A DNA stretch of 50,996 bases from sequence record SRR31156797_2631, one strand, 5' to 3'. Each line of letters begins with the position of its first letter. Positions within the stretch are counted from its first letter, which is position 1. Below are positions 28,068 through 38,700 of the stretch, one piece after another. The notes under the pieces are model-generated. The model saw only the letters and a program-made list of their open reading frames with translations, did no database searches and was not told the origin of the DNA. The position numbers and the translations under genes are program-made.

Positions 28068-29780
28068 TTACGGTAGAGTGTACAACAAATCAAGCTCTAC
28101 CACCAGATCTTCGGCTTGGCTCACAATTCGTATACCTTGGGAGCGTACCCCGGCAAGACTCTCAAACATCGGTAGAACAAACCGTTCCATGAGCAGATCT
28201 CGCTGCTCCCGAGTTAACCCATGAGTCCCCTCCATGGCATTTATACCCCAGAAAAACAAGTGGAGCAGCCCCTGGTTCACTTTATCAATCCTTGCGTAAA
28301 GGAGTACATTGCTTTTCCGGGTAAATCCATTATCAACCTGAATAAAGGCCTCATCTGCAAGAAGCGTTTTTTTTCTGCTGTCCAGAAACTCTTTAATCTG
28401 ATTTACGTGATCAGCAATAATGAGCCACTCATCCAAAATAAGATAGGTTGGTTGAATCAATCCACCCGCCATAATCACAGAAACCGCCTCAACATCACCC
28501 AATTTAGTCACATGGGTTTTGACCCCCTTCAGCTGCTTTTCAAGCAATTTGCTTAGTGCAGCAGGTTCCCTTACGTGAAGCTGCAGACAAACCATGGGCA
28601 CAGTTGCAAACGTCGCAGATGGCACCTCTTTGATAAAAAAGCCAAACTGTGTACCCAACAGGGAGGCAAAAGTCGAAATGTCGGTCCCGGTATGTTTATA
28701 AAACTTTTGAGCGATATAAAACATCACGGTTGCTGTCTCTAAGGTAGGTGCCTGGGAGGCAATTAACCAAAACTTGGAAAAATCCAGCCAATTACTCCAA
28801 AAATAAACAGCGGTACCGGAAGAAATTTGCTGCAAGTGTGAATTGACAACAGGAGGTGCCAGTTGATAATGCTGAACAATACCTGTTGGCCGTTTCCCGT
28901 ACCCTTTGAGAACCATCCGGATGCTATTTTTATCGTTCTCTGAACGCTGTAACAAAAAAAGCCGTTCGTCTTCCCCTACCCATATCCTGTTGCCACTATT
29001 TTTGTCCAAGTTACTCCACTCCGCGGCACCTCTAGCCAAGTTAACATACAACAGAGAGTCCTCTCTATGCTTCGCGTTTTTCACAACCTGCTGATACATT
29101 TGGTCCTGGTAAAGTGTCAGCCCTGATCGCAGTAAACGATCTTTAGAAAGGCTAATACATCGCTGTATGGGACGGGGATCAATTCCGACTATGAGACTTT
29201 GCTCAAGCAAGGCATAATGCAGAATGGTCCCGTTTTCCAATGCCACAGATGTTATCGTGGTTCCATGGTAATGAGTACTGGTGGAGTCGACATTTCCCGG
29301 CACAAATCTGGAGAAAAGTGACCTTGGCGCAATTGGTAGTTTTGCCTGGGCAACAAGAACCAGATTTCGTGCAAAATGAGCAGCAGAGTTACCAGCTTGA
29401 ATTTCCGACGGCAAAAGGGCCAAAGCAGCCTGTCTCCCAAAGATGACGTGCAGCAAAGGGTGTTCGACCAACTCTTTGAAAACTTCAACGGTCTCTAAAA
29501 CTTTCTCTTGCAAACGCTGTTCTGTTCCAAGCTGCTCAAGGACAGAATCGAGCTGCGGAGCCATCAACTGTTTACCCATAGGAGATTCTTTAAGGGCAAC
29601 CGACATATCTGCCAGGTCGTCCACTTTGACAAACGCGACAGTATTAACAGGTACCAAGTCTGCCGGATCGGGCACGGGCCGCAGATTAACGGTTAAAACA
29701 TAGCACGCTGCGGCCAGCACGATGAGCAGCACCAGGCCGCTCATTAGATTTTTATGTATTGCAGTAAATTTCAGCAGCAT
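28068..29780 (-). CDS. Membrane-anchored hypothetical protein (possibly DUF3352-like)
   Basis: 570-aa ORF; N-terminal TM helix followed by a 'P..LVP.NT..F' pattern and two internally similar halves. Confidence 0.6.
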   Translation of the reverse strand: MLLKFTAIHKNLMSGLVLLIVLAAACYVLTVNLRPVPDPADLVPVNTVAFVKVDDLADMSVALKESPMGKQLMAPQLDSVLEQLGTEQRLQEKVLETVEVFKELVEHPLLHVIFGRQAALALLPSEIQAGNSAAHFARNLVLVAQAKLPIAPRSLFSRFVPGNVDSTSTHYHGTTITSVALENGTILHYALLEQSLIVGIDPRPIQRCISLSKDRLLRSGLTLYQDQMYQQVVKNAKHREDSLLYVNLARGAAEWSNLDKNSGNRIWVGEDERLFLLQRSENDKNSIRMVLKGYGKRPTGIVQHYQLAPPVVNSHLQQISSGTAVYFWSNWLDFSKFWLIASQAPTLETATVMFYIAQKFYKHTGTDISTFASLLGTQFGFFIKEVPSATFATVPMVCLQLHVREPAALSKLLEKQLKGVKTHVTKLGDVEAVSVIMAGGLIQPTYLILDEWLIIADHVNQIKEFLDSRKKTLLADEAFIQVDNGFTRKSNVLLYARIDKVNQGLLHLFFWGINAMEGTHGLTREQRDLLMERFVLPMFESLAGVRSQGIRIVSQAEDLVVELDLLYTLP

Positions 29781-29915
29781 GATTTCAGGGCATTAATACC
29801 ATTTTGTGCAGGCATGAATATATGGTCCACAGAACAAAAAAATCGCCTGTAGATACAACAAAAGCAACCTAACTACCTAGTGTCGCGCCAACGCTGTTCT
29901 GACGTATCTTGCTCG

Positions 29916-31445
29916 TTATTTATCATACTGGACCCGACGATACTGTACAGCCTCAGCAATATGGGAAACCTGGAGATCCATAGCACCTTCAAGATCGGCA
30001 ATGGTTCGGGCAATCTTCAAAATCCGGTAATACGCCCTTGCAGACAGGCCAAGCCTGGTAATGGCATTTTCTAACAGCTTACGGGACGGCTCATCAACCT
30101 GACAAAATTTTTTAATATTGCGAGACGACATCTGCGCATTGCAGTGCACATGATTATCAGACTTCAGTCGCTCCGACTGGACCACTCTTGCCGTGTTTAC
30201 CCGTCGCCTGATCTCAGCAGAAGATTCACCAGGGGTAGCCTGAGTAAGCTTTTCCACCTTAACGGCAGGCACCTCAACATGCATGTCTATTCTGTCCAGC
30301 AAAGGACCAGACAGCCGGCTCCGATATCGCTGTATCTGGACCGGACTGCAGGTACACTCATGGTAGGGATCTCCAAGGTGCCCACATGGACAAGGGTTCA
30401 TAGCTGCAACCAACATAAATTGCGCAGGAAAGAAGAGGCTCATGGCTGCCCGCGAAATGGTGACATTGCCGTCTTCCATAGGTTGGCGCAGCACTTCAAG
30501 CACATTTTTTTTAAACTCAGGAAGTTCGTCCAAAAAGAGAACTCCATTGTGGGCAAGTGACACCTCTCCCGGCCGCGGAATATTGCCACCCCCTATAAGG
30601 CCGGCATCAGAAACAGTGTGATGGGGTGCGCGGAAAGGCCGAGTAACCATGAGCGGCATTTCAGAAGGTAAGGCTCCGGTTGCGGAATAGACCTTTGTTG
30701 TTTCCAGGGCTTCTTCCAACGCAAGGTCTGGTAAAATAGCAGGCAATCGCCTTGCCATCATAGTCTTTCCAGTACCTGGCACACCACTGAGTAAAATGTT
30801 ATGGCCACCAGCTGCGGCAACCTCCAGCGCTCGCTTTACATGCTCCTGGCCTTTGACTTCAGAAAAATCGTCGAGGTACCGATTGGTGGCACTAAAAAAA
30901 GCTCCCAGATCAACTACCACCGGTTCAATATCCAACACTCCTGACAGATACTCTACGGCTTGATCAATTCGCTCAATGCCAAAGATAGCTATATCTTTAA
31001 CAACCGCAGCCTCACGTGCATTTGCTGCAGGTACTAAAAAGCGCTTCACCCCACTATCCCTGGCAGCTATCACCATGGATAGCACCCCGCGAATTCCTCT
31101 TACCGAGCCATCCAGAGAAAGTTCTCCTACAACGGCAGTATCTGCAAGGGTATCAGACGGGATAATCCCAGAGGAAGCAAGAATACCCAAGGCAATGGGG
31201 AGATCATACCCCGCCCCTTCTTTTTTGATTGATGCAGGTGCAAGATTAACAGTTATTTTGCGCTGCGGAAATTCATAGCCCCCGTTTTTGATGGCCGCCT
31301 TGACTCTGTCCTTTGCCTCACGAACAGCGCCCTCCGCAAGACCGACCGTAGAAAATGCAGGCAGCCCTTGGGCCAAATCGACCTCCACCTCAACCATCAA
31401 CCCGTTGACACCGGCAACAGCACCACTTTTGACCTTGGCTAGCAT
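29916..31445 (-). CDS. comM: YifB/ComM Mg-chelatase-like AAA+ ATPase
   Basis: [60 protein letters not shown]; start at MLAKV. Confidence 0.93.
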   Translation of the reverse strand: MLAKVKSGAVAGVNGLMVEVEVDLAQGLPAFSTVGLAEGAVREAKDRVKAAIKNGGYEFPQRKITVNLAPASIKKEGAGYDLPIALGILASSGIIPSDTLADTAVVGELSLDGSVRGIRGVLSMVIAARDSGVKRFLVPAANAREAAVVKDIAIFGIERIDQAVEYLSGVLDIEPVVVDLGAFFSATNRYLDDFSEVKGQEHVKRALEVAAAGGHNILLSGVPGTGKTMMARRLPAILPDLALEEALETTKVYSATGALPSEMPLMVTRPFRAPHHTVSDAGLIGGGNIPRPGEVSLAHNGVLFLDELPEFKKNVLEVLRQPMEDGNVTISRAAMSLFFPAQFMLVAAMNPCPCGHLGDPYHECTCSPVQIQRYRSRLSGPLLDRIDMHVEVPAVKVEKLTQATPGESSAEIRRRVNTARVVQSERLKSDNHVHCNAQMSSRNIKKFCQVDEPSRKLLENAITRLGLSARAYYRILKIARTIADLEGAMDLQVSHIAEAVQYRRVQYDK

Positions 31446-31446
31446 A

Positions 31447-32199
31447 TCACTCCCTGTACATGGCCTCCATTGCCGGTGAATATCCCCCGTTTTTTTGGGT
31501 ATAGATGTAAAAAGGAGGAAGAATTTCGCATTGTTCACCGCCATTTTTGACAGCTTCCACCAGTACCAGTCGAGCGTTCTGCAGGCCGGGATAGGAATAT
31601 ACAGGTTGTATTCTTTTCACGATAAGACGTTGAGTATACATTGTAGAGATAAGTATTCCTGTATGTGCTGCAGGGTAAACAAAAACAACTTTTTTTCGGT
31701 TCTTTACTACAAAGGCAGCAGCTCGAACAAAGCTCTGTAAATCTCCAATGATTTCATGGCGGGCAATGGCAACCTCCTCGACCAGGTTATGCCGCCCGCT
31801 GTCAATCTTTCCGTATGGCGGATTGCAGACCACCAGATCAAACGACTCTGGCTGGCTATACTGCTCTATGTGCCCGGCATTACCATTGATCGCTGTAAAC
31901 CGCTCGGTATACCCGTTGCTTCGAACGTTTTCAACCACTAGTTCAATCATGGATGGTTGCAAATCGAGTCCGCACACATGTATCTTGGGGACTCGATAAG
32001 CTAGAATCAATCCAACCACACCGCAACCGCAACACAGATCCAGGACACGAGTATCGCTTTTTTGCAACTGGCAAAAATGGGCAAGCAACACTGCATCTAC
32101 GGAAAATCGATACCCCTGTTCATACTGGTTGCAATGTAACTGCCCTTGAAATAAAGTATCACATGTTTTTTTCATATACTCGCTATCAGCATTAACCAC
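31447..32199 (-). CDS. tRNA1(Val) (adenine37-N6)-methyltransferase family
   Basis: [33 protein letters not shown]. Confidence 0.88.
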   Translation of the reverse strand: MVNADSEYMKKTCDTLFQGQLHCNQYEQGYRFSVDAVLLAHFCQLQKSDTRVLDLCCGCGVVGLILAYRVPKIHVCGLDLQPSMIELVVENVRSNGYTERFTAINGNAGHIEQYSQPESFDLVVCNPPYGKIDSGRHNLVEEVAIARHEIIGDLQSFVRAAAFVVKNRKKVVFVYPAAHTGILISTMYTQRLIVKRIQPVYSYPGLQNARLVLVEAVKNGGEQCEILPPFYIYTQKNGGYSPAMEAMYRE

Positions 32200-32256
32200 T
32201 GGATTACCAACACTAATTCAGGCTTTTATTTATCTTACAAGGAATCATATCACCAA

Positions 32257-32625
32257 ATGGATATTTTTATTAAAACCCATTTCTCCGGAGGACACCATCT
32301 GCGTGACTACCCCGGCAGCTGTGAGAAACCGCACGGCCATAACTGGAAGGTCAAAGTCACCGTACGTGCTGTAAAACTGGATCACCTTGGTATGGGCATT
32401 GATTTCAAAACCCTTAAGCTCCATGTCAATGAAGTCATCGACACCTTAGACCATTGTGATCTTAACGAGCACCCGGCGTTTGTGAGCAACAATCCTTCCT
32501 CTGAACACATTGCCACCTACATTTTTGACCAACTCAAGGAAGTCTTGCGTACAGAGCGATATGGTCTTTATGCTGTAGAGGTCAGTGAAACCGACTCCAG
32601 CGGTGTTATTTACTATGGAGACTAA
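32257..32625 (+). CDS. queD: 6-carboxytetrahydropterin synthase
   Basis: H.LRDYPGSCEKPHGHNW, DF, LDH, NPSSE.IA, V.ET. Confidence 0.92.
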   Translation: MDIFIKTHFSGGHHLRDYPGSCEKPHGHNWKVKVTVRAVKLDHLGMGIDFKTLKLHVNEVIDTLDHCDLNEHPAFVSNNPSSEHIATYIFDQLKEVLRTERYGLYAVEVSETDSSGVIYYGD

Positions 32626-32714
32626 TCCATTCGCAACTTCTTCCGCCTCAATAATAATAACATAGTATTTTCCTAATACGCCCTTAACATTTCAAATTCT
32701 ACCAGGAACCCCCG

Positions 32715-33992
32715 ATGCCTGAAATACAATCCTCACGAATAGCTGTTATCGGTCTTGGTTATGTTGGCCTGCCGTTGGCAGTTGAATTCAGTAAAAAGAT
32801 GCCAACAATCGGCTTTGACCTTAAACAGGAAAGAATAGCAGAACTCAGCAATGGAAATGACTCCACCAGAGAGGTAAGTTCTGCAGAGCTCAAACAGGCA
32901 GGAAACCTCCGGTTCACCTCTACCATCGCAGACCTCGAAAAATGCAATGTTTTTATCATTGCCGTGCCGACCCCCATTGACAGCAACAAGCGACCAGATC
33001 TTTCTCCGCTTGAGGGAGCATCCCGTACTGTGGCCCAGGTATTAAAAAAAGGCGATGTGGTCATTTACGAATCAACAGTTTTTCCTGGTGCAACAGAAGA
33101 GGTCTGCATCCCTATCCTTGAGCAGCAGGCAAAGTTAACGTATAACCAAGACTTCTTTGCAGGCTACAGCCCGGAACGTATCAATCCTGGCGACCATGAA
33201 CATCGGTTACCGACTATCATGAAGGTCACCTCTGGCTCTACTCCTGAGATTGCAACGTTTGTAGACGACCTTTACGGTGCCATCATTACTGCCGGCACTT
33301 TTAAAGCAAGCTCAATAAGGGTTGCAGAAGCGGCAAAGGTTATCGAAAATACACAACGGGACGTCAACATTGCTCTGATTAACGAACTGGCGCTCATTTT
33401 TAATAAGCTGGAAATAGATACCCTTGAGGTACTTAAAGCTGCGGGCACCAAGTGGAACTTCCTCCCCTTTCGCCCCGGCCTTGTTGGTGGGCACTGCATT
33501 GGGGTTGACCCTTACTATCTCACCCACAAAGCCCAGGAGGTTGGATATCATCCGGAAATGATCCTGGCAGGTCGCCGCCTTAATGATGATATGGGCAGGT
33601 ATATAGCATCGGAAGTCATCAAACTCATGCTGAAAAAACGGATTCACGTGGCTAACGCCAAAATCTTGATTTTGGGACTTACCTTTAAAGAAAATTGTCC
33701 TGATCTGCGCAACACCAGGGTGATCGATATTATAGAAGAACTGCAAAGTTACGGTGCCTGTGTGGATATCTACGATCCATGGGCTGATAACCAAGAGGCA
33801 CGGGACAGGTATAAGGTCTCCATGGTTGAACAATTGCCGGAAGCCCACTATGACGGGGTCGTCCTGGCTGTTGCCCATCAGGAGTTCAGTGAGTTTTCTG
33901 CAGCAGACCTAAAAGGTTTCTGCCGCGAGCAGTGTGTCGTCTATGACGTTAAACATGCTCTTCCACAGGAAATGGTTGATGGGACCCTTTAA
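32715..33992 (+). CDS. UDP-N-acetylhexosamine 6-dehydrogenase (TviB/WbpO family)
   Basis: [51 protein letters not shown]. Confidence 0.92.
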   Translation: MPEIQSSRIAVIGLGYVGLPLAVEFSKKMPTIGFDLKQERIAELSNGNDSTREVSSAELKQAGNLRFTSTIADLEKCNVFIIAVPTPIDSNKRPDLSPLEGASRTVAQVLKKGDVVIYESTVFPGATEEVCIPILEQQAKLTYNQDFFAGYSPERINPGDHEHRLPTIMKVTSGSTPEIATFVDDLYGAIITAGTFKASSIRVAEAAKVIENTQRDVNIALINELALIFNKLEIDTLEVLKAAGTKWNFLPFRPGLVGGHCIGVDPYYLTHKAQEVGYHPEMILAGRRLNDDMGRYIASEVIKLMLKKRIHVANAKILILGLTFKENCPDLRNTRVIDIIEELQSYGACVDIYDPWADNQEARDRYKVSMVEQLPEAHYDGVVLAVAHQEFSEFSAADLKGFCREQCVVYDVKHALPQEMVDGTL

Positions 33993-34487
33993 GGGGATCT
34001 GTCGCAACGTAGCTTGCAGAACAAACACTATCAACCTCGGCTGGAGAGGCTTTAACACTCTCTCCAGCCGAAAACCAGCCCCTTTATCTGGTAACGGAGT
34101 CATGCTTACGACGTTGACCTCATTTAGGTCACGATTTCAATTATTCAATACTACCTAACAGTACAGACGTATCTACCCGACGACCACTTCTGCCTCGCTC
34201 AATCATTGGTATGCCCATACTTAATTTCCCCAAAATGCCTTGATTTAATAAGCTCCTAGTAACACGAGGTTCTACCTGTCGCAGATAGTTATAGATAAGT
34301 TCCTGTTTAGCACCAAAATCCTCCTCAAAACCTCAGACTTAAATTTTAAAATCAAATACAACATAGTCTTTCCCGTTCTAGGTTGCAGCCAAAGCTTCTC
34401 AGCGGTAGTTTTCCCCTGGCTTTTCCTCTTGGCTAAATGCAACCTGTTCAACGACCAAATGGTGGCCATTCAATACAAGGTTCACTC

Positions 34488-36455
34488 TTATTTTTTTCTG
34501 TATTTCTTAATAATGACCTCACTTGCCTTTTCGCTTATCATGTACACGGAGGCGAGAATAAAGAGCCCAGGAATACGCGGAAAGACAGAGGCATCGACCA
34601 CCCGAAGACTCTCCACTCCCTGAACTTGAAAATCTTTATCAAGCACTGCATATTCACCCCCAACAGGCCCTATCTGGCAGGTACATGAGGCGTGATGTCC
34701 CCATGCGTTGTCCCGCACAAAGGTATGAAAATCTGTTACTTCAGGGGCAGGTGTAACCTGCTCTGCAAACACACCTTCTTTTTCCAGTCTCGCGTTTATT
34801 TTCTGTACAAATTTGATGCCATCGACAACACTTTGCACATCGCCTGTATCGGGCTGGGCCCCCTCTTCAAAGTAATTAAAATGAATATCCGGCCGGTCAA
34901 ACGGGTCAGCAGAATTGAGGGCTACCTTACCTTTCCTGTTATCCGTATGCCCCTTGAGAACAGCCCAGGTAAAATAATTTTTAGAGTTAATTGCCACTTG
35001 AGAATACCCCAGCTCATAGCCTCGAAATAACCCTGGAACGCCAAAAATATATAGGTCAGGAGGGTCTGTAGGCTTTCGAGTGGACGAACGTTTGATTACA
35101 CCGATCAACGCGCCGTTGGTTGCGTACACCCCTTCTCCCTCGTTAAACCATTCTGTGTAGATTGGATCAGGATCCTGATCTTCAGGTTCACTTTTGCCCT
35201 TAAAGGTTGCCTCCTCGATAATTTTAAACGGTTGGGCGGCCTTTGATACCACCCCAACCTCATAACGATCCTGAAGGTTTTCTCCAACCCCTTCACTTCT
35301 CACCACAACATCAATACCGTGTTCTTTCAATTCCTGCTCCGGGCCAATACCTGAAAGCATAAGCAGCTGCGGTGTATTAAAGGCTCCCCCGCATAGGATA
35401 ACCTCTTTTTGAGCTGTATACACAACAGGGTCGCCTTCTGCGCCAGGGGATTTACTATGATGCCGCGCCCTATAAAGATCCTCTCCTGGAATGCAGTGAA
35501 CACCTATTGCCCGTATTGGTTTTTCCTTGGTTAATACAACCTTGGTTGCAAAGGTATTGAAGACGATGTCCAGTTTCCCACTATCTTCGCCCTTATCGGC
35601 CTTCTGTTGTAACTCTTCAATAGCTTGCAGAACCCGCTCTCGTGCCCCGGTTCTATTGCAACGCTCGCCTGGCTTAGCTTTGGCATCTTTGTGCACTGAG
35701 ATTGGAATGAGGTTGACGCCTTCAAGGTTATCAGCAGCAACCTTGGGATGATTTGGATTAAGATCCGGCATCGCCTTCAACCCCTGCTCCCATGCAGTTT
35801 TAAAGGTTGCCTTAACAATTTCAAGTACCCCTTTTTTGTCGCGCAACAACAATTTGGGGTCTGCCTGCCCCACCGAAAGCCAACCGTTCTTTTGTTTCCC
35901 CTGTTTCAGATCGGTGTAACGTTTAAGAAAATCTTCTAATATTTCCTTTTTGTTAAGCAGTTTCAACAAGGTACTCCCTTTACCATACTGAGGCCGTTCA
36001 ATGTCATCAAAATATTTCCTCATTCTCTCTGCTTTCCAACTGTCATCATCAACCAGGTCAGCAATGTACTCCCAATCACTTTCATGAGGATAGACAGTTA
36101 TCATAGCATGATGGGTTGTACAGCCTCCCAACCCGGAGGCACGTGGATAAAAAACCCCAGGAAATCCAGGTAAAATGTCTTCACCTTTTTTGGGATGATG
36201 CTTGGGGTCACGCTGAGGATTGTTATCTTCTGAGTAGTGTTTTACAAAAAACTCCCAGCTGTAAACAGGATCTTCAGTTAATAACGGATGGTAGGCTGGT
36301 ATTGAATAGTTATCGTTGATCTCATCTGTTCCGGCTTCGATTAATAAAACACTGAAACCAGCAAGTGCCAGGTTAGCTGCAAGCGGACCGCCACCTGCGC
36401 CAGACCCAACAATTATAAAATCATGTTCTTGTGAGTACTCTTTAACCTGTGTCAT
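34488..36455 (-). CDS. GMC-family FAD oxidoreductase
   Basis: IIVGSGAGGG, LGGCT, LCGGAFNTPQLLMLSGIG, VGENLQD, GHHASCTC, LRVVDASVFP. ATG at 36455 has an AGGAG RBS. Confidence 0.9.
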   Translation of the reverse strand: MTQVKEYSQEHDFIIVGSGAGGGPLAANLALAGFSVLLIEAGTDEINDNYSIPAYHPLLTEDPVYSWEFFVKHYSEDNNPQRDPKHHPKKGEDILPGFPGVFYPRASGLGGCTTHHAMITVYPHESDWEYIADLVDDDSWKAERMRKYFDDIERPQYGKGSTLLKLLNKKEILEDFLKRYTDLKQGKQKNGWLSVGQADPKLLLRDKKGVLEIVKATFKTAWEQGLKAMPDLNPNHPKVAADNLEGVNLIPISVHKDAKAKPGERCNRTGARERVLQAIEELQQKADKGEDSGKLDIVFNTFATKVVLTKEKPIRAIGVHCIPGEDLYRARHHSKSPGAEGDPVVYTAQKEVILCGGAFNTPQLLMLSGIGPEQELKEHGIDVVVRSEGVGENLQDRYEVGVVSKAAQPFKIIEEATFKGKSEPEDQDPDPIYTEWFNEGEGVYATNGALIGVIKRSSTRKPTDPPDLYIFGVPGLFRGYELGYSQVAINSKNYFTWAVLKGHTDNRKGKVALNSADPFDRPDIHFNYFEEGAQPDTGDVQSVVDGIKFVQKINARLEKEGVFAEQVTPAPEVTDFHTFVRDNAWGHHASCTCQIGPVGGEYAVLDKDFQVQGVESLRVVDASVFPRIPGLFILASVYMISEKASEVIIKKYRKK

Positions 36456-36596
36456 TTCTTGATGCTCCTGGGATTGCTCTATCTTCAAAGAAGGGAAAGA
36501 AGAGTATAGGAATAGGGAGAGCCAAACGATAAGTGAAAAAAGGGTCTGCTTCGAGGGTGAACCGATACATTAAAAAAAGTGTGATCAAATAATAAC

Positions 36597-36634
36597 AAAA
36601 AAAGCCGAGCTGCCTTATTCAAGGCAACCCGGCT
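36597..36634 (-). terminator. Intrinsic terminator forming the riboswitch expression platform
   Basis: Minus strand AGCCGGGUUGCCUU-GAAU-AAGGCAGCUCGGCU followed by a U-tract; the 5' arm is the aptamer's 3' strand. Confidence 0.85.
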
Positions 36635-36692
36635 ATCTTAAAAAGATCCGAAGCTTTCCGTCCCTGTCTCACGACAGGTTTGGCTTTATCTT
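36620..36692 (-). ncRNA. c-di-GMP-I (GEMM) riboswitch aptamer
   Basis: Minus strand AAAGCCAAACCUGUC-GUGA-GACAGGGACGGAAAGCUUCGGAUCUU-UUU-AAGAUAGCCGGGUUGCC fits the GEMM-I pattern (AAACC, GNRA-capped P2, GGGACG.AAAGC, GCCGGGUUGCC). Confidence 0.92.
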
Positions 36693-37599
36693 TTATTGTA
36701 TTTTATCTATTGAGCATGGGTAAAAAGCTATGACCGTTTATAGGACTCGTCAAGGTAAGGACATGCGTAACATCATTATGGCGGAAAATCAGGTTGGTAC
36801 CATGTAATGGTCTCGGCAAAAAGAGACACTGCTCCCATTAAAGCTACTACTGTGATGACAGCGGATATAAATATTTGTCTCATCATAAGGTGATATTAAC
36901 GAATCTAATACAACTCTTATCGTCTCTGCAAAATCTACTATTATAAACGGTTATAGGTAAAGACATTAATCCAATATTATTGACCTGCTCTTCATTTACC
37001 ATGTTACTGTAACCAAAGTAAAAATTGATAAGAGTATTTGATTTTATTTTTTGCAATAGCACCAACGAAATACCCCCCCGGTCATGGATGGCGTGGTCAT
37101 AGCCGTTATTACCAGGACGAATACACCTTGCATTGTCATAAACAATAAAAGGGCCTCAAAACTGCTGGTCCGTATCGCCCTATTACACACTATATCCAAG
37201 GCTATCAAGAGTATGCTTCCCATTCTAGCTGAAGAGGGTCCAGCGAGAAACCAAATACTATCCCGCTTTGTACAAGAGGTTCAGCTTGCTCTATTCTCTC
37301 CATACCCCTAGTTACTGCAACTGGCAATCTTACCTTGAAAAATCAAGACAAATACCCCTCCCAAAAAATCACAATAAATAAGTGCATGATTTACTTCACC
37401 CTTAACTGCTGCATGCTGCTATTTCGACAAGATGAAATATCGGCACCAGAAGCAGATTTAACATTCTGTAAATCTTGACATAATTCAAAATAACCGGCAT
37501 GTTATAGTCGTTATATCCAGTCAAAAACTAGAAAATTCAAGTCCCCACGGCTGGCTGCAATTTGAAATTTTCTTTAGAAACTCCCAAAGGAGGCTGGCC

Positions 37600-38592
37600 A
37601 TGAAACGAGTTTGCCCCATCATCCTGTTCAACCTGAGCCTTTTCCTCTTCATCACAACAATCAGCTATGCCGCCCCTCAAGTCCCAATGGGAATAGTAAC
37701 AGGCAGTACCAAGGGTACATATTACCAATTCGGCTTGAATATTGCTGAGCTGATCAAGACAAAAGGAATTCAACTCAAGGTTGCGCCATCAAAGGGGTCG
37801 GTGGAAAACATTTACGCAGTCTTTAAACGTCCCAGGACACAGTTGGGCATTGTCCAGGCTGATGTCTTGGCATTTGTGTCTCGAGTAGAGACAGATCCTG
37901 TTTTGCAGCAAATTGCCAAAAAAATCAAATTGGTATTTCCGCTTTACAATGAAGAGATTCACCTTATCGGCAGCAATGAATTAACTGAATTTTCAAATTT
38001 GGCTGGCAAAAAAGTCGCGATTGGCACAGAAGGGAGCGGAACCTACCTTACAGCCCGTCTCCTTTTTGAAATTTCAGGGGTAATCCCAGAAAAAGTCGTA
38101 ACCATAGGGACGAGTGAGGCGCTTACTCAACTAAAGACAGGTAAAATAGATGCCATGTTTTATGTTGCAGGCTACCCTGTAAAACTTTTTTCTGACGAAA
38201 TCAGTGACAGTGACAGGATTACTTTGGTCCCTATTAGAAACAAGGCCATAGGCGAATTTTATCCAGAGACAGATATCCCCGCCAATACCTACAACTGGCA
38301 AAAAGAAGCAGTGTCTACCATGGCGGTGAAAGCAGTTTTGGTTTCGTACAACTTTCGTAACAAGCACTGTGCAAATGTTGGTCGAATAGGACGCTACATT
38401 TACGACAATCTTGAGTGGTTACAGGAAAACGGCCATCCCAAGTGGAATGCTGTGGATCTGAATTTCCCTTTGAAGGGCTGGGAACAATATGACTGTGTAC
38501 GGAAAAACTTGGCTGACATTTCTGGAGCTGCCAGGAGAAAAGAAGATATGAATCCGGTTCTGGAGGCAATCAAGGATGTGTTAAAGAACTAG
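37600..38592 (+). CDS. TAXI-family solute-binding protein
   Basis: AAGGAGG RBS; signal peptide; TGSTKGTYYQFG, SKGSVENI, LGIVQADV, LYNEEIHL, GSGT, IDAMFYVAGYP. Confidence 0.88.
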   Translation: MKRVCPIILFNLSLFLFITTISYAAPQVPMGIVTGSTKGTYYQFGLNIAELIKTKGIQLKVAPSKGSVENIYAVFKRPRTQLGIVQADVLAFVSRVETDPVLQQIAKKIKLVFPLYNEEIHLIGSNELTEFSNLAGKKVAIGTEGSGTYLTARLLFEISGVIPEKVVTIGTSEALTQLKTGKIDAMFYVAGYPVKLFSDEISDSDRITLVPIRNKAIGEFYPETDIPANTYNWQKEAVSTMAVKAVLVSYNFRNKHCANVGRIGRYIYDNLEWLQENGHPKWNAVDLNFPLKGWEQYDCVRKNLADISGAARRKEDMNPVLEAIKDVLKN

Positions 38593-38700
38593 CTGACAAG
38601 CGTCCCTTATAGGTGGAGTCCTGCTAAAATAAAGACACCCTTCATCACCTTTAAAAGTGTAGGACACAAGCGGTGAAACACAAACACACACCGGCTGGAT

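Noticed and set aside
34037-34071. 12-bp stem-loop TCGGCTGGAGAG/CTCTCCAGCCGA as a terminator or IS end
   Set aside because: No U-tract follows it on either strand, and I saw no second copy or nearby transposase; function unsupported.
36620-36692. 3',3'-cGAMP (GEMM-Ib) specificity for the riboswitch
   Set aside because: The position-20 equivalent (36684) is G, not A, and C92 is retained, favouring c-di-GMP.
37475-37508. TTGACA...TATAGT promoter for the TAXI gene
   Set aside because: The spacing is 22 bp, too long for one sigma70 promoter.
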